The position numbers and the translations under genes were made by a program. The notes beneath the pieces are model-generated. The model did no database searches. It was not told the origin of the DNA and was given only the letters and a program-made list of their open reading frames with translations. Shown piece after piece: positions 14,720-30,834 of a stretch of DNA of 64,000 nt. Within the stretch, counting starts at the first letter, position 1; each line of letters begins with the position of its first letter. Source of the stretch: the human T2T-CHM13v2.0 reference genome, Homo sapiens; the NCBI RefSeq assembly GCF_009914755.1, contig NC_060929.1, one strand, 5' to 3'.

Positions 14720-15549
14720 CTGTTATTACATGTTTCCTCCTTGGTTCCTGGCTCATATCTCCCATAACCCCCGTTATAGTCTTGTGATGGTACTGGGTGT
14801 GTCAGGTCTCAGGAGCAGGCCTCAGAAAGCAATCTCTCTGACCTTCCCCTGCCCTCCTTTTACCTGCTCTAAGGCAGGACTCTAATCCTCCCTGCCTCCT
14901 TTCTGATTGTGGGTCATAAGATCCTCATTCCACAGAGGGTCCTGCCCCCTACGTCCTGGGGAAAAAAATGCTGATGTCAAGAAGCCTCCATAAAACCCCA
15001 GAGGACTGGGTTCGTAGAGCTTCTGGAGAGCTAACCACCTGGAGGTTCCTGGAAAGTGGCACATCGGGAGGGCTTGGAAGCTCTGCACCTCTTCCCCCAT
15101 AACTCGCCCTATGCATATCTTCATCTGTATCCCTTGTGATATCCTCTGAAATAAACGTGTATACATATGTGTTTCCCTGAGTTCTCTGAGCTGCTCTGGC
15201 AAATTAATAGAATCCAACCCAGGGACTGTGGGAACCCCAGCTGAAGCCTGTTGGTCAGAAGTTCTGAGGCCTGGACTTGCAATTGGTATCTGGGGGGATG
15301 AGACAGTTTTGGGGACTGAACCCTCAACATGTGGGCTCTGACACTCTCTGAGAGTGGATAGTGTAGTAGATAGTGTCGGACTGATAGAGTAGATAGTGTC
15401 AGAACTGAATTAGAGGACACCCAACTGTGTCTGTTGCTTGGCGTGTATGGGAAAAAACCCACACATTTGGTCACAGAAGTCTTCTGTGTTTGTTGTTGTT
15501 GTGTGAGAGTAGAAGAAAAATAGAGTTTGAGAGGGTTTTTCCCAAAACA
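14720..15549 (+). mobile_element. MER21-like ERVL solo LTR
   Basis: Recalled MER21 motifs (ggttcctggctcata, ccataaaaccc TATA-like box, aataaa, gtttccctgagttct, cacacatttggtcacagaagt), ~400 bp upstream of the exon-2 acceptor. Confidence 0.8.
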
Positions 15550-15920
15550 GAATATTTTCAACTCAAAAGAAAATCTATCAGACATTCCCCTTTGCAAGAA
15601 AATCATACAGAAGCCATGATTAATAATTTACCAATAATTAAAGAGATACCTGAATTAACATAAGAAGCTTAGTTAGTATTGTGAAATACAGTCAATAACT
15701 AATCTACTCCACAAATATTTACCAAGTTCCTAGTCCATGACAGACAGCAGACAAAAACTGGCAAGGCCATTTGCCATAGTTGATTTTGTCTGAGTTTATT
15801 TGTGAAAGAAAGCAGAAACTCAAATAACATTAGACCCAATGCATAAGTGGATGCATATGTACAGGTTAAAAACAAGATTCTCAGAATTGTTCCCATCTTT
15901 CCCGCACAAACAAATGAGAT

Positions 15921-16520
15921 TGCTGTGGTCTGAATGTTGATGTCTCCCAAATTCATACGCTGAAATATTAATACCCAAGGTGATGGTACTAGGAGGAGGG
16001 GCCTTTGAGAGGAGATGAAGTCAAGAGGGTGGAGCCCTCATAAATAGGATGAGTCCTTATAAAAGAGGCCTGAGAGAGACTTCTCTACCCTCCCACGATG
16101 TGAGGGCACAGCAATAAGGCATCATCTATAAACCAGAAAGTCGGCCCTCCCCAGACACTAAATCTGCCAGGACTTAATCTTTTGCTTCCCAGCTCCAGAA
16201 CTTCAAGTTAATTTCCATTGCTTATAAGGAGCCAATTTATGGTGTTTGGTTACTCTGGTCCCCAAGAGAGCAGCCATGACCTTGTATCGCCACCTCTCTC
16301 CATGTCCAATGGTTCACAAGGGACTTTATGCAAGGTGATATGGTTTGACTATGTTCCCCAACAAATCTCATCTTGAATTGTAGCTCCCAAAATCCCCACA
16401 TGTAGTGAGAGGGACCAGGTGGGAGGTAATTAAATCATAGGGGCAGGTTTTGCCCATGCTGTTCTCATGACAGTGAATAAGTCTCAAGAGATCTGTAGCT
16501 CAAATGAACTTAAAAAGGGA
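15921..16520 (+). mobile_element. MLT1A-like LTR interrupted near its 3' end by a 243-bp insertion (16253-16495)
   Basis: tgctgtggtctgaatg start and MLT1A body; the terminal ...ggtta / tagctcaaatgaact segment is split by the insertion. Confidence 0.8.
16253..16495 (+). repeat. 243-bp dispersed direct copy of 17491-17733 (83 bp flank plus first 160 bp of the THE1 LTR)
   Basis: Manual gap-free alignment, about 24 mismatches (~90% identity). Confidence 0.93.
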
Positions 16521-16950
16521 CTGAAGTATTTGTTACATGTATCATCTAGCAGTGATCAACAGAGAAAGCAATAGTTAACTGAGGATATTTACCAAGGCAT
16601 TACAAAACCCCCATCTCAATAAAAGACTGAGAGTAAACAGAAATTATTTTCTTGCCTAAAGCTATTACATTACACATCCCTCCAGGAACCAGGGTTGTGT
16701 AAATATTAAAAGATATTTTCTATTATACCATATCTAAGCATCCTGGGTTTTACATTAAGAGATGTGATTTCCACAGTAGCCTTTGCCCTAAGTTATTACG
16801 TATGTCTAGTTAATAATTTAGAGATATGCCAACCTAAAAAGGCCCCATTACAGAATTTTACTTAAAATATATGTTAAGGAAAGCAGTCATCCAAATTTCC
16901 TATTGAACATTTCATCTAATTTTTTATTTGTTTTAATTTTATGAAGTACT

Positions 16951-17100
16951 TATAATAATATCACCAATGGGGATTGGAATAGCACTGAAAAAGTAAATCT
17001 GTTACAAACAGAATATGTGAGAAGGAATAATAATATCACCAATGGGGATTGGAATAGCACTGGAAAAGGAAATCTGTTATGAACAGAATATGTGAGAAGG
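16951..17100. repeat. 75-bp tandem duplication (2 copies)
   Basis: ataataatatcaccaatggggattggaatagcactg...gaatatgtgagaagg repeated head-to-tail with about 5 mismatches. Confidence 0.95.
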
Positions 17101-17573
17101 TTTGGGGAAATAATATCAACAAAACAAAATTTGAGCAAAGAGTTAGAATCAGATTAAATATGATTTGGCAAAATGCAACCACAGCTAAAAAGATTAAAGT
17201 ATTGAAGGTGATGAATACCAACAGGATGACAGAAAGAGATTTGCGTAATTATGGTGGTGTGTTAGGAAGAACATAATAAAGCATATTTATGTATTCAACA
17301 TGCTTTCTCATATGGTTTTCTTATTCGATCAAGTCTCTTAATTATGTAAAATGTAAACAACCAGTTCAGCAAATGTTGTGCCCAGATAAAGAGTGGAACC
17401 TATGAATTTCCAGCTAGGGAAGGTTTCAGAGATGGTGAAAGAGCAGAAAGTAAGAAGGAAGGACAATGCAGCTCTTGTGTGCACAGTCACCTCTGGTCCC
17501 TGAGAAAGCCGCCGTGACCTTCTATTGCCACCTCTCTCCATGTCCATGGGTTCACAGGGGACTCTATGCAAGG

Positions 17574-17938
17574 TGATATGGTTTGGCTATGTCCCCCGAC
17601 AAATCTCATCTTGAATGGTAGCTTCCATAATCCCCACGTGTAGTGAGAGGGACCAGGTGGGAGGTAATTAAATCACGGAGGCAGGTTTTGCCCATGCTGT
17701 TCTCATGATAGTGAATAAGTCTAATGAGATCTGATGGTTTTAGGAAGGGCAGTTCCCCTGCACGTGCTCTCTTGCCTGCCACCATGCAAGACATGCCTTT
17801 GCTTCTCCTTCACCTTCTGCCATGATTGTGAGGCCTCCCCAGCCATGCAGAACTGTGAGTCCATGAAAACTCTTTTTCTCTATAAATTACTCAGTCTTAG
17901 GTATGTCTTTATTAGCAGCATGAGAATGGACTAATACA
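17574..17938 (+). mobile_element. THE1 (THE1B/C-like) solo LTR
   Basis: tgatatggtttggct...ctaataca, 5-bp TSD caagg on both sides. Confidence 0.93.
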
Positions 17939-19673
17939 CAAGGAGCACCTCATGCTGAGAAAGGGGGACTCTTACATATTTTAAATTACCATTTTAATTT
18001 TTGTTTATTTACATTTTATTGGGCCCATGCTAATTCAGGCTCTGAGCCAGTATTCTTATCAACATATTTTTGACAAAGAAATTGTTTAAGGGCCCAAAGT
18101 TATTAAGTCACATAAGTGGGCCCAGAACTCAGGCTTTCTGCCTTTTAATTCCTATTTCAATGTCCTTTGATGTGTCAGCCTATTTCCTATAACCTGTACT
18201 GCCTCCTAATGCTACTCTACTAACTAATTTTTATAAAATGTAACTCTTTAAAAGCATAACAGTGACCTGTCATAAAAAAATATGGGATTTAATAGGCACT
18301 GAATCAAGGTTTCTCCTCCGGCACTTGACAAGTGTGACCCACACAGTATGGGGAATAATTAGGCCTGTTTATCTACCTCCTTTCTCCTTACAGCAATAAC
18401 AGAAAGAGAAGTGGAATCTTCAAGGCTTATTCCACCGTACAGAGCTACCGCTACCTAAAGCAACCTCCATTCCTGAATGCAAATGACTTGGAATAATTTC
18501 CATGATTCATAATTTTTTTAATCCAAATTTAATGTAACTATTGTGTCTGGACAGAAAAGACAGTCACCCTCCAATCACAATCTTCTCAGCTCAGGTCACA
18601 CAGAAGAGAGAGAGGAAACCACAAAAGACCTGCCCCAGTGAATCCCTGGATGGCCTTAGGGTAAGTATAAAAAGTGTTAAACTTCTAACTTCGCAGTAAT
18701 ATGGCCAAATACGTCAGTCTTAATCACAGCTAATCTACTAAAAATTAGTATTTAATCTGTGCAACCAGGAAATCTGGGAAGTATAGAGAAATAAAAAGCA
18801 AAAACCAAGAACAAAGGAAGAGCAACCACCAGCAATTCTGCCATTCCAGATAAGTAAAATTACTTTGGGATTTTGGTGATTTATTATTTCTAATATAACT
18901 TATTCTGTACAATGTTTTTTACATAATAAGGTACTAATGCAAGGTTTTTGAATTTCTTGTGGCTCAGCAACATCTCATGAACAATTTCTTATATCAACAA
19001 ACATTGCTCTACAGTTTAATTACAATGAATACTCAGTATTCAATAATCTGTACATGTTGAAAGTTATCTACCTGTCTTTTATATGTGATTTTTACCCCAT
19101 TTTTACATCTATGACATATTCAATACATGGGTTCCCAGCAGTAGAATTGGTAAAATAAGGAATCTGTGTATTTTTCGGCCTTTTGTTAGCCAGTCCTGCT
19201 GCCAGGCTGGTCCAGCCTACTCGCCCACTGGAAAGGTCATGAGAATGTTACCTCACCACAATGTTAACCACACGGATCTCCATTATCCTCTCAGGCTTTT
19301 GCCAACCTGATATAGAAAAATGCACCCCTTTGACTTTGTTTTTGTTTGACTGTGAGTAGAGTGCACAATTTACCCAGATTTATTCACCCTGTACAGCACT
19401 TCTTGCTACCCTTGAAGTGGTTACCATGTAAGAAGTCTTCCTACACATAGTAGAATTATAATCTGCAAATACCCAAGCTGCATTTTGGACAGACCCATCT
19501 TCCACATGAGAAAAAGAGACAGCAGTGCGGGAAGAACAGCCCTAAATTTCGGGTGGGTTCTTCTAGCAGAACTTGGTACCAACAAGTCCTATGTCCAGAA
19601 AATAATAAAACAACACCACTAGCAGTTTCAGGGTGCAAGTCACCCTGCTCTATGCCCACACATGCATGAGCAG

Positions 19674-20055
19674 TGTTACGGACAGAACTGTGTTCCCCAA
19701 ATTCATATGCTGAAGCCTTAATCCCTATGTGACTGTATTGGAGATGGAGCCTTTAGGGAGGTGATTAAGGTTAAATGGGGTCACAGAGTGGTGGGGCCCT
19801 AATATAACAGGACTTCATGTGCTTATACGAAGAGCAAGTGGCATCAGAGGTCTCTCTTCCCCTTTGCATACACAAAGACAGAAAGCCATAAGTAGGCACA
19901 ATGAGAAAGTACTGTTGACCAGCGGGGAAGAGAGGTGGCCTACTGGCACCTTGATCTTGGACTTCTGGTCTCCAGAAATATGAGAAAATAAATTTCTGTT
20001 ATTTAAACCATTCAGTCTGTAGTATTGTGCTATGGCGGCACAAGCTGACCAATAC
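19674..20055 (+). mobile_element. MLT1B-like LTR
   Basis: tgttacggacagaactg start; aataaatttctgttatttaaacca and gctgaccaataca at the end. Confidence 0.85.
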
Positions 20056-21039
20056 AAAAAGTGTTCAATTTTCTCAACTTTCTTTCCCTTAATTCCCCTG
20101 TGGGCTGGGCATGGAGTCTTGGGAACTGACAGGAGAAAGGTAAAACATCTCTTGGTAACACCTTCATCTAAAACGAATCACAGGTCTCAGGAGGAGGCAT
20201 GTGTCCCAACATTGCTTCAAATCAGCATACCGGGACAAAGCAAAGCTTACAAAGGGATGTACCCCATTGTATGAAATAAGCCTACAGAATAAAACAGTAT
20301 CTTAAACACATCCATAATACTACCACTTTCATAAATGATGCAATAAGAAATTCAGAAAAATTGGCCTGCATAACAATAACAGCAAAAGCAGTTAGGCCCT
20401 GCATGCCGAGCCTTCTTTTCAGTTTGAACTCTTATAACCATAGGTAATAAGATGTTATGATGTCCAAATGAATAGTCTAAACTTTTCTTTCCCAAATAGG
20501 AGTCTCTATAAATTTACATTACACTTGGCAACATGCTAGAATCTTAACTGCATTTTGGAAGGCCAAACTCTCTAGCCGTCAATGCAGAGACAATATTCAA
20601 TGTCATATTTTATTGACATCCATCACACACACACAAACACACACGTAAATTCTTCATATTTGAACTTGTTCTTTCTTTAGTCACTTTTGCATTGCAACTG
20701 ATGACTTACACATCAAGACATGGTCATCTTCAACAAAATAACTGATGATGTCTGTATCACACAACCATCCAATTAAGTGATACAGCCAGCATTCTTGTGT
20801 CACTCTTACTTGGTGGTCCCCTCCTCTCCAATTTTCCAGTAAGTTCCTGTGGCCATTATATGGGTTTGCTCCTTCTTAGCTGCCCTCCCCTCTCTATAAG
20901 CCATGACCTCTTATCCTTCCAATTCTCCTCTCATTCTGTCACTCTTGGGGTCCTAGGGCCCTCAGGCTCTGAAGTCACATGCTTCAAATTCCAGCATTTC
21001 CAAACTGCAAGTATGCTGTGGGAAGCTAGAGATTTCATT

Positions 21040-21225
21040 AGTTAGACTTGCACTATAGCAGCCCCTACCCACACATGACTATCTACATTTTAATTAAAAT
21101 AACATTAAAAAGTCAACTATTCATATATTTCAACTGCTCCAGAGCTAGAGATGGCCAGTGGGTACACTATTGAACAGTGAAAAGTGGAAGATCTCCATCA
21201 CTGCAGAAAGTTCTACTGATAGCCC
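21040..21225. mobile_element. MER3-like hAT DNA transposon MITE
   Basis: Recalled motifs cacatgactatct...ccatcactgcagaaagttcta. Confidence 0.65.
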
Positions 21226-21597
21226 AAGTCTATGCCCAGTAGTAAATTCTCTGATGTAATCTTCCATCTGCAGCTGAATCCAGGCAGGAGAGGTCTTGAG
21301 ATGTGGTCAGATTACCAGGATAATTGGAAGGCAGAACTGGTGGGCCTCCTGAAAGATTCTATGTGGATGTAAGCCACAGTGAGAGGAGACCAGGTGAGTC
21401 CAAGGGCTTGGCCTGAGTGACCGGCCATCAGCCAAGATGTCAAGAATGTGGGTGGAACAGACTTGGGGCAGGGAAAGGCAACCTTGCCTGCAAACTTTCA
21501 ACCTGAAATCTACCTATGACTCTTATGTGCTGCTGACATCTGGGCAGCTGAGCTCTATGGCCAGAAACCACACTCTGATGTCAGTCAGGGAATGTAA

Positions 21598-23775
<2,178 letters not shown>

Positions 23776-23779
23776 TTGT

Positions 23780-23898
23780 CTTATATATTATATATTCATG
23801 TATATTATATATATAATATATATTCATATATTATAGTATACATGTATATATTACATAGTATATATGTATATATAGTAGTATTCATATATATATATATA
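23780..23898. repeat. Degenerate (TA)n low-complexity tract
   Basis: Direct reading. Confidence 0.9.
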
Positions 23899-24255
23899 AT
23901 GGAATACTACTCAGCCATAAAAAGGAATGAAATAATGTTATTTGCAGTGACCTGGATGGAATTGGAGCCAATTATTCTAAGTGAAGTAACTCAGGAATGG
24001 AAAACCAAACATCATATGTTCTCACTCATAAGTGGGAGCTAAGCTATGAGGACACAAAGGCATAATAATAATACAATGGACTTTGGGGACTCGGGGGGAA
24101 AGGGTGGGAGGGGGTGAGGGATAAAAGACTACACATTGGGTACAGTGTATACTGCTTGGGTGATGGGTGCACCAAGATTTCAGAAATCACCACTAAAGAA
24201 CTTACTTATGTAACCAACCACCACCTGTTACCCCAAAACTTATGGAGGAAAAAAA
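23899..24255 (+). mobile_element. L1PB (PB1-like) 3' end
   Basis: atggaatactactcagccataaaaagg...gaaatcaccactaaagaactta. Confidence 0.88.
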
Positions 24256-26716
24256 TATATTGATGACTTCTAAACATTGCTTGTCAAATCTTGTTTCCCG
24301 TCCTGTTCCTTCTCTTCAGGAAGGTCCCTTTTTATCTTTTAGTTTAGAGTAGCTAGAAACATTTATAAGTCTTCTCTCACTTTCTTCTTTTACCTTCAGC
24401 AACAGACTTCAACTCCAGAGACTCTGATGTTAACTACCTTGACTTCCTGCCCCCTCACACCAAACAAACAAGAGAACCCTGTTACAGCCACACTTAGCCT
24501 TCTTTCCTTCTCTCATGTAGATCAAAGAAATGTCTTCCATTTCTTTCAGAGAATACCCCCCTCCCTGTTCTTGATCCTATGTTCTAAAAAACAAATGTTG
24601 GCGAAATATAATTACTTTTGGCTTTACTTCCATCATCAGGCATTACTTTCATAATCTGCCATTACCTTATACCCAAGTGAATAATGAAATATGGCATTAG
24701 AACATCCCAGGTATTGTTATTTAAATATATATGTAAATATGAGCTACTGAATGTTTTAAAAATTTACATATTTTAAAATATTTTATTTTTAAAATCTTCC
24801 ACTGAATAGGTGACATTTTAAAGACTCCTACTACGTATAATTGAAGAATAAGCATAAACATCTTTTTATGCATATTAGGGTACACAGAATGTGTGGATTA
24901 GTACAAATTAGCAACACAAAGAACAGTATTGAGCACCTCATTTGTGTAATCACTCTCATCACCAAAACTGCAATTCTCTATTTGTAACTAGCATATCGCT
25001 ACCAAAAGAAATAGGCATCATGTCATTCTCACTCAGAAGTGCTCTGCACACATAAACATATATTCATCCTCACTTCTCACTTTACAAAGAGAAATATAAA
25101 GTTATCGCTTATCATAATATAAACAATATAGTAATAGTTGTCAAAACTATAAACAATTAGGGCAGAAACTCAATCTGTCTTGGTCTATGTTCAATTTCCC
25201 ACAGCTAACTCAGTATGTAATATATAGAAGCTAGTTAATAAATATTTGTTGAGCTAATATATGAACGATTAGAGTAAAATCAATAATAATTGCTTATGAG
25301 AGCATGTAACAAAAATATAATGGGCTTTGCATTAGGAGCATTTCTCTATGTGGCATTTGAAATGATACTCCTTTATTTCAACTCAAGATAGCTGCTTTTC
25401 AGTAAAAGCAGAAATAGGATTCAGAACCCTAGGACTAGTTTAAGACTTTCGCTTCCGTCAACTACCTGAGAATGATGTACACTTTGGGTAAGTGGCTTCC
25501 AAGGTAGAATCGTCGATCAAGTAGGCTTCCAGAACCTGATACTTGCAACCAACAGCTTGCAAATATAGAATCTGGCAAAACATATAGAGAAGATCATGCA
25601 AGGATGGGAAGCAGCACCTTTGAGCCATAGTCAGAACATGCAACCACAAGGGCATCAGCAGACAAAGGCAGGAGGCAGAGGAATTTCAGTTCCACCTGAG
25701 AAGTTGGGGGTGTGGCATTAGGTCTTATTCATGGAGGCGGCTACACAGGTCATTTGCTGCTGTAGTGGAAGATGTGATGGCTGGAGGGTGGAGAGCTGGT
25801 GGGATCTCAGTGTGGAGCTCATGTGTCAAACACAAGGGGATTACCGTTCTACCTCTGCGTTCAGACAGGCAGGAGCAGTGGGAGGGTCAACATAGCTTGG
25901 TGGGTCAGGAAACCCATTCTGTATCCTTGCATGAGCTATTCATCATTGAGAAGAATGGGATCATCCTGAATATCACCACAGACTTAATTTCCACCTGAGT
26001 TATTATTCTTAGTGACATATTATGTGTGAAGGTAAAAAGGAAGGTTCTGTGATGACTTCTACAAAGCAAGATGGAACGGTGCTCCTCATACAGGGGAGAC
26101 GCCTAAGCAGCCAGGCTCTAGCAAACTGCGGTCAGTGAGGATGGGAGCAGGTCTTCCTTTGGCTACGTTCCGAATGTCTCACCGTCTGTTTCTAAAGCAT
26201 GATCTCAGCCAATTTTATCTAATCTTAACAAGCATTACACTAACAACTTATCTGTCTTAAAAATATTATTGAAAAGGTAGTGCTTTTAAAAACAAACCAG
26301 TGGTTAAGGGTGAATCAATTGCTGCTGCTCCTGAGCTCTGCCCCAGGCAAGCTTGTGACTTGAGAGCCAGAGCCAACACCACAGGTGAAGCAAGGAAGAT
26401 GCGCGACGGCCAAGCAACAGGTCAGGCTCTCAGGGCAGAACTGACAGATCTCTCAACAGCAATCAGGGTCCCCTCAGACCTGAGGACTGAGAAGAAAGCT
26501 AAAAAAGTGTAGGAGATGGAGTGATTGACAGTGTAATGGCACAGGGTTAGAGCAGAGAGGAAAGGATCAGAATAAATGTATATAGGGAGACATGAGGAGC
26601 AGGAAAGAGCAGCAAGTGGGCTGAGATGCAGGGAGCACTGGCGTGAGCCTCGAAACACTGCCAGAGAAGAAAAGTGGGGTCAGCAGACATGCTGTTGGTA
26701 GATCCTTGAAGAGGAG

Positions 26717-26777
26717 TGTGTGTGTGTGTGTTTGTGTGTGTGTGCGCGTGTGTGTGTGTGCACGTGTGTGTGTGTGT
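26717..26777. repeat. Interrupted (TG)n microsatellite
   Basis: Direct reading. Confidence 0.95.
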
Positions 26778-26782
26778 ATTTC

Positions 26783-27080
26783 TATTTTATTATTTTATTA
26801 TTATTATTTTTTTGAGACAGAGTCTCACTTTGTTGCCCAGGCTGGAGTGCAGTGCCACAATCTCGGCCCACTGCAACTACCACCTCCCAGGCTCTGGTGA
26901 TCCTTCCACCTCAGCCTGGGACTACAGGCATGTGCCACCGCGTCCAGCTAATTTTTGTGCTTTTAGTAGACATGGGGTTTCACCATGTTGCCCAGGTGGG
27001 TCTCGAACTCCTGAGCTCAGGCGATCCACCCACCTCGGCCAAAGTACTGGGATTACAGGCATGAGCCACCATGCCCAGCT
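26783..27080 (-). mobile_element. AluJ (Jb-like) with small internal deletions
   Basis: Antisense dimer with J-type positions (gttgcccagg, ctcctgagctcaggcgatcc) and T/TTA tail. Confidence 0.9.
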
Positions 27081-27875
27081 AAGGATTTTAAGAAATTGGA
27101 TGATGACCTTGAGTTTGTTAATGATCTTGAACTTGAACCTGGTAATTTCAGGAAATAACCTATATATAACGTACTATATTATCATTGTTTTTTAAACCAA
27201 ATAAACATTGTATTTATGGATTTGCATTTTCTTGGAATTCTGTGTCATATCCCAATAATGGAAGTGTGGCACATACATTGTTGGCAATGTTGTCACCCCT
27301 CACACATGTTGGCTCCACCAAGGCATTCTCAGGAGTCTTCTTTAGATGCGCCCTTCGTGGGATACTATATTATTATATCAACAAACGAAGTGAGCCACTC
27401 TCTACAACTGCATGTGGAATCCTGGGGAGAGGCTAGTACAATGAGGCTAAAGGCCACTGGCATACGTATATGAGTTTCCAAGGGGTCCACACCTTCTATT
27501 TCCTCTCACTGAACACTATCCAGACCTCTCTTTGGCAAAGCCATGCACACCCAAGATTGGATGTGCAAGTAATGATTCAGATGTCTACCTCTAGCTGAGA
27601 CCTCACAGTTGATGTCCATACTATACATTTGTAATAAGCCACAATCTACTGCAAATGGCTCCATCAGATCCTCAGAAACACACCAAATTCAGCATGAGTC
27701 CAAGTCTCCTGCCTGGACACACAAAACCCTCCTAACCTGCCTCTCATGCCTGCAATATTACCTCCTTCAATCAAGTCCATGCATTATTCATTAAAAGAGT
27801 CAATCTTCCTTACCAACCATCTGATCACATAATGCTTTTTCCCTAAATTTATTTGAGTGGATCTCAGCATCTAAA

Positions 27876-28084
27876 CAGAGGTTTCCAAACTTTCTTTGAC
27901 AGAAAATGTGTTTTAACTCATGGCCCAATTACACATAATCATGTATTTTAACAGAAACAAGACTTCATGAAAAAGGAAGCTTTATAACATGTGATGCACT
28001 ATATTTTATATTTTATTCCATTTTATTTAAAATGCTAGTGTCACCCACTAAATTAATGGATACAAAACAGTTCAGAAACCACTG
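27876..28084. mobile_element. hAT/Charlie-type MITE within L2-like sequence
   Basis: Imperfect terminal inverted repeats cagaggtttccaaact ... agttcagaaaccactg. Confidence 0.55.
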
Positions 28085-30834
28085 ACACAGAGGATAGAGT
28101 TCGATCTGCTTTGCATGATGTATGAGGCTGTTCTTGCCCTGGCCCACACATCTCCACTCTTAAGGCTGTTGCCTCTCCTCTCACACCTTACACTACACAC
28201 ACCAAGCCTCTTGCCACTCCCAATACATCTTAATAAACTGTGTTGTGAACACGCAGAGTTCTCTTCCTGCGTGTGCCAATTCAGTTTACCACAATTGAAT
28301 TTATCATCTTCCCTTTACCATCACCAAGACTTTTGTTGGCTGCCAAACTCCCTTTCTCTTTTCACTTTCATAGTCCTAATGGATGCATTTCTTCCTCTCT
28401 GAAGCCTTTTGGACAACTCCAGGCACCATGAATCACTTCACGTCCTCTTTACTGTTACCTTTACAGCTTGAACTTTCCTCAGATATTACATGATCACTAA
28501 GAACTGTGATGATCTTATCTCTTCTGGGATTAAAAAAAACTTTTAATGTTTTTGAAATCGGGATGGTTCTTCATGTGACTATGGCCCCTTTTTCCTTTAA
28601 GCCATTCGGGATAAATTTTCTGTCATTTGCAATTAAAAGTGTTACTAAATCAATGATATACTCAATATCTTAGATCTATGGAAATACCATATATTTTACA
28701 TTTTACATTTTACATCCCCTAATTAGTTCATGAATTCTTTGAGCACAGAAATTGGGTCTTATTCATATTTATAACCTCAGTGCCTAGAATAATGCCTAGT
28801 AAAGAGCTGGCATCATTAAATGCTTATTGAATAAGTCAAAATGAAAGAACATTTATAATTTATTGTCAGCCCCATTTTAAAATGTCAAGGAATTTTACAC
28901 GTACAACACTGGCACATAAATGTCCTATAACTCTTCCCAGGTTTACAAACATAAATATTCAATATGTTAAATTAAATCTATTAAGTATATATCTATAAAA
29001 ATAGAAATATTCAAATTAATGACTTTGGTTGATACATGATATTAAAGTAGTCAAACCATATATATTTCTACCAATCACACCTATGTCTACATTTATAATG
29101 GAAATATGTCTAGATAAAATTAATAATCATAATAAGTTCTAGGGTTCATCTCTACTACAAATTAGATAGTGACACATTTCTTGCATCAACAACCATCCTA
29201 GTTCCCCCAGACAACACAAATATATTTCAACAGCTGATTGATGGGTTTACCAAGCTACAGGCACACTTATCCTTATGCCAGAAAAATAAAGTCTGGGATT
29301 CTAAAATTACAGACCCATCAAACTAACAGTAGATTGAGCCGAAATTGAAATAGGCACAGTACTTTAAAATTTGACTCTTCCAGAATAAAAGAGGAAGTTC
29401 TAACGTATTTCATAAAAATGAAGTTCAGTGTTGAATTGACTATTCTTTTGGCTGAAACTTCAAAGAAGCATGCTTACCACAGCCCCTAATACAGTGTTCA
29501 CCACACACAGTGACTGTCCAGAATACACTGTCACTGCCAAATGTCTCAGGTTCTGGAGTTCCTCTCACACAGCTCCTGTAGACTTCGAATCCATCTCATA
29601 CATTGCATCTGTGCAAGACACTGAATAAAAGCATCTAAGCTTATAAGTGAAATACAATCTGTCTTCCTAAATATTCTCCCTAGTAATATCCTAAACAAAT
29701 ACGCAGTTTTCCAGCTTAGATTCCCTATTTAATCATAGATTTACATCATAAAATCTGGCAAAAAAACAAAACAAAACAAAAAACGTGCTTAAGCCAGTCA
29801 CAACAATTTTACCACTGTGAATTGCCAACTTTGACTGTCACAATCTATTAAACAGAAAGTCCCCAAATGCCAGCCACACAGTGGTTCGCAACATGTTCTT
29901 ACTTCACAGTACTTGAAAGTGTCCACTCAAATTATGGCAATTTACCCTTCATATTGATTGCAAATATGTATCTGCCACTTCACAATTTCTCAAGATACCG
30001 AAGCTCAATGACACATCTAGTTTTTCCAGAATTGCTATCAATGGGCAGTCAAGGACAAAAAATCTCACTCTGCAAACAGATATCTGCACTCAGCCCATAT
30101 GTTTAACCTATCACAACAGAGACTGTATCAATCAGTGTTTTAAAATTAACTATAAAACCGAGTTTCAACTACTCTTATACAACTTTAGTCACTACCATTG
30201 ACTTAGCAGTTTTTTAAATAAATTGCTGACCTTAAAAGAACAAATAGAAAACAAAGACTGAATAGAGCTATAATAATTTTATAGCTGCCAAGATACATTG
30301 ACATTTTTTACCCGCATATAACAAATTTTGAAATTTTAAGTGATATAACCTGCCTATTACAACACATGACTTTAAAAGTAAGCTGTGCTTAGGAGTTAAA
30401 TCTAAATTATACATATTTAAAAGGTATTACTGTAATTGTAAATGTTACATAGCAAAGAAACTCATTTTTTGTATATAATCATTCAATATTACACTTCAGG
30501 GCTTCAAATACCCTGGTATGTGATCAACAACTAATTTTAAATGGACAAATAATTAGATATTATGAAAAGGGGTGATTATCAATTCCCAGCCTTACTTTTT
30601 TGCCAATTTGTTTTCTGTTTTCTTTTAATTTACAATTTGTACAAATCATTACCCTGTCAAGCAAAATTTATAGCATTTCTTTACCGCCAAATTCCCATTT
30701 TCTCCAAATAAGACTCTCAGATATTGTTCCCTTTTTAAATTACCTCCTAATGAAAATATTTTCCCTCTCACCTGCATTTATATCTTATCTGCTTATTATT
30801 TGTTACTATCTCTGTTGGGTTGAGTTTGGGGGTA

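Noticed and set aside
16951-17100. Possible CRISPR-like or spaced repeat array
   Set aside because: Only two contiguous units, no spacers, no cas genes, eukaryotic context
26716-27195. 159-aa Cys/Val-rich ORF
   Set aside because: Translation of (TG)n plus an antisense Alu
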